5,191 nucleotides of DNA, from the IMG/VR virus record IMGVR_UViG_3300003716_000001; one strand, 5' to 3'. Each line of letters begins with the position of its first letter. Within the stretch, counting starts at the first letter, position 1. The position numbers were made by a program, and so were the translations under genes. The stretch comes from a virus. Below, one piece after another: positions 4,989-5,191 of the stretch. The notes under the pieces were generated by a model that was given only the letters and a program-made list of their open reading frames with translations, was not told the origin of the DNA and made no database searches.

Positions 4989-5191
4989 TGCCTTGCTACA
5001 ATCCGCTAGTTGGCTACAAGCTAGACGGCAAAGTAGTATTTGATAAGCCCTTTGCCCTTGCAAAGGGCTTTAATTTAGCTTGTGGTAGGTGTATTGGGTG
5101 TCGACTAGAATATAGTCGGCAATGGGCGATAAGATGCGTCCATGAAGCCCAAATGCACGATAACAATTGTTTTATAACCTTGACGTTCGAC
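4988..5191 (+). CDS. VP4: N-terminal 68 codons of VP4, second written copy, truncated by the window end (same as 600..803).
   Basis: ATG at 4988. The sequence reads MPCYNPLVGY...FITLTFD and stops at the window edge without a stop codon. Confidence 0.9.
   Translation, partial: MPCYNPLVGYKLDGKVVFDKPFALAKGFNLACGRCIGCRLEYSRQWAIRCVHEAQMHDNNCFITLTFD
5045..5076 (+). terminator. Second written copy of the intragenic VP4 hairpin (same as 657..688).
   Basis: Same sequence at offset 4388. Confidence 0.45.

Larger units (their letters stand above)
4389..5191. repeat. Terminal redundancy, copy 2 (same as 1..803).
   Basis: Same evidence as copy 1. The window ends exactly 803 nt after the unit length of 4388. 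Confidence 0.95.

Overview
The window holds about 1.18 copies of one small circular ssDNA phage genome of the Microviridae, with Gokushovirinae-type gene content. Bases 1..803 are repeated at 4389..5191 (offset 4388), so the genome unit is 4,388 nt and the window runs past the circle junction. All supportable genes are on the + strand and tightly packed. In circular order they are: VP3 internal scaffold (4188..4628, wrapping to 1..240), a 68-nt non-coding gap with a perfect 14-bp stem-loop, a 68-aa orphan ORF with the strongest Shine-Dalgarno in the genome, a small arginine/lysine-rich VP8/J-like DNA-binding ORF missing from the ORF track, the VP4 HUH rolling-circle replication initiator, VP5, the VP1 major capsid protein, a 55-aa membrane-protein ORF that fills the VP1-VP2 gap and is also missing from the track, and the VP2 pilot/minor capsid protein. 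I saw no rRNA, tRNA, CRISPR array, transposase or integrase. The points most worth follow-up are: (i) the small transmembrane ORF at 3353..3520, a candidate single-gene lysis protein in a subfamily with no phiX174 E homologue; (ii) the 68-aa orphan ORF; (iii) two statistically unlikely perfect hairpins, one in the only real intergenic region and one with a T-rich tail 57 nt into VP4 next to a TTGATA hexamer. Protein family calls rest on motifs I recognise by eye and were not checked by database search. Consistent strong SD motifs suggest an SD-using host rather than a Bacteroidetes-type host, but this is inference only.
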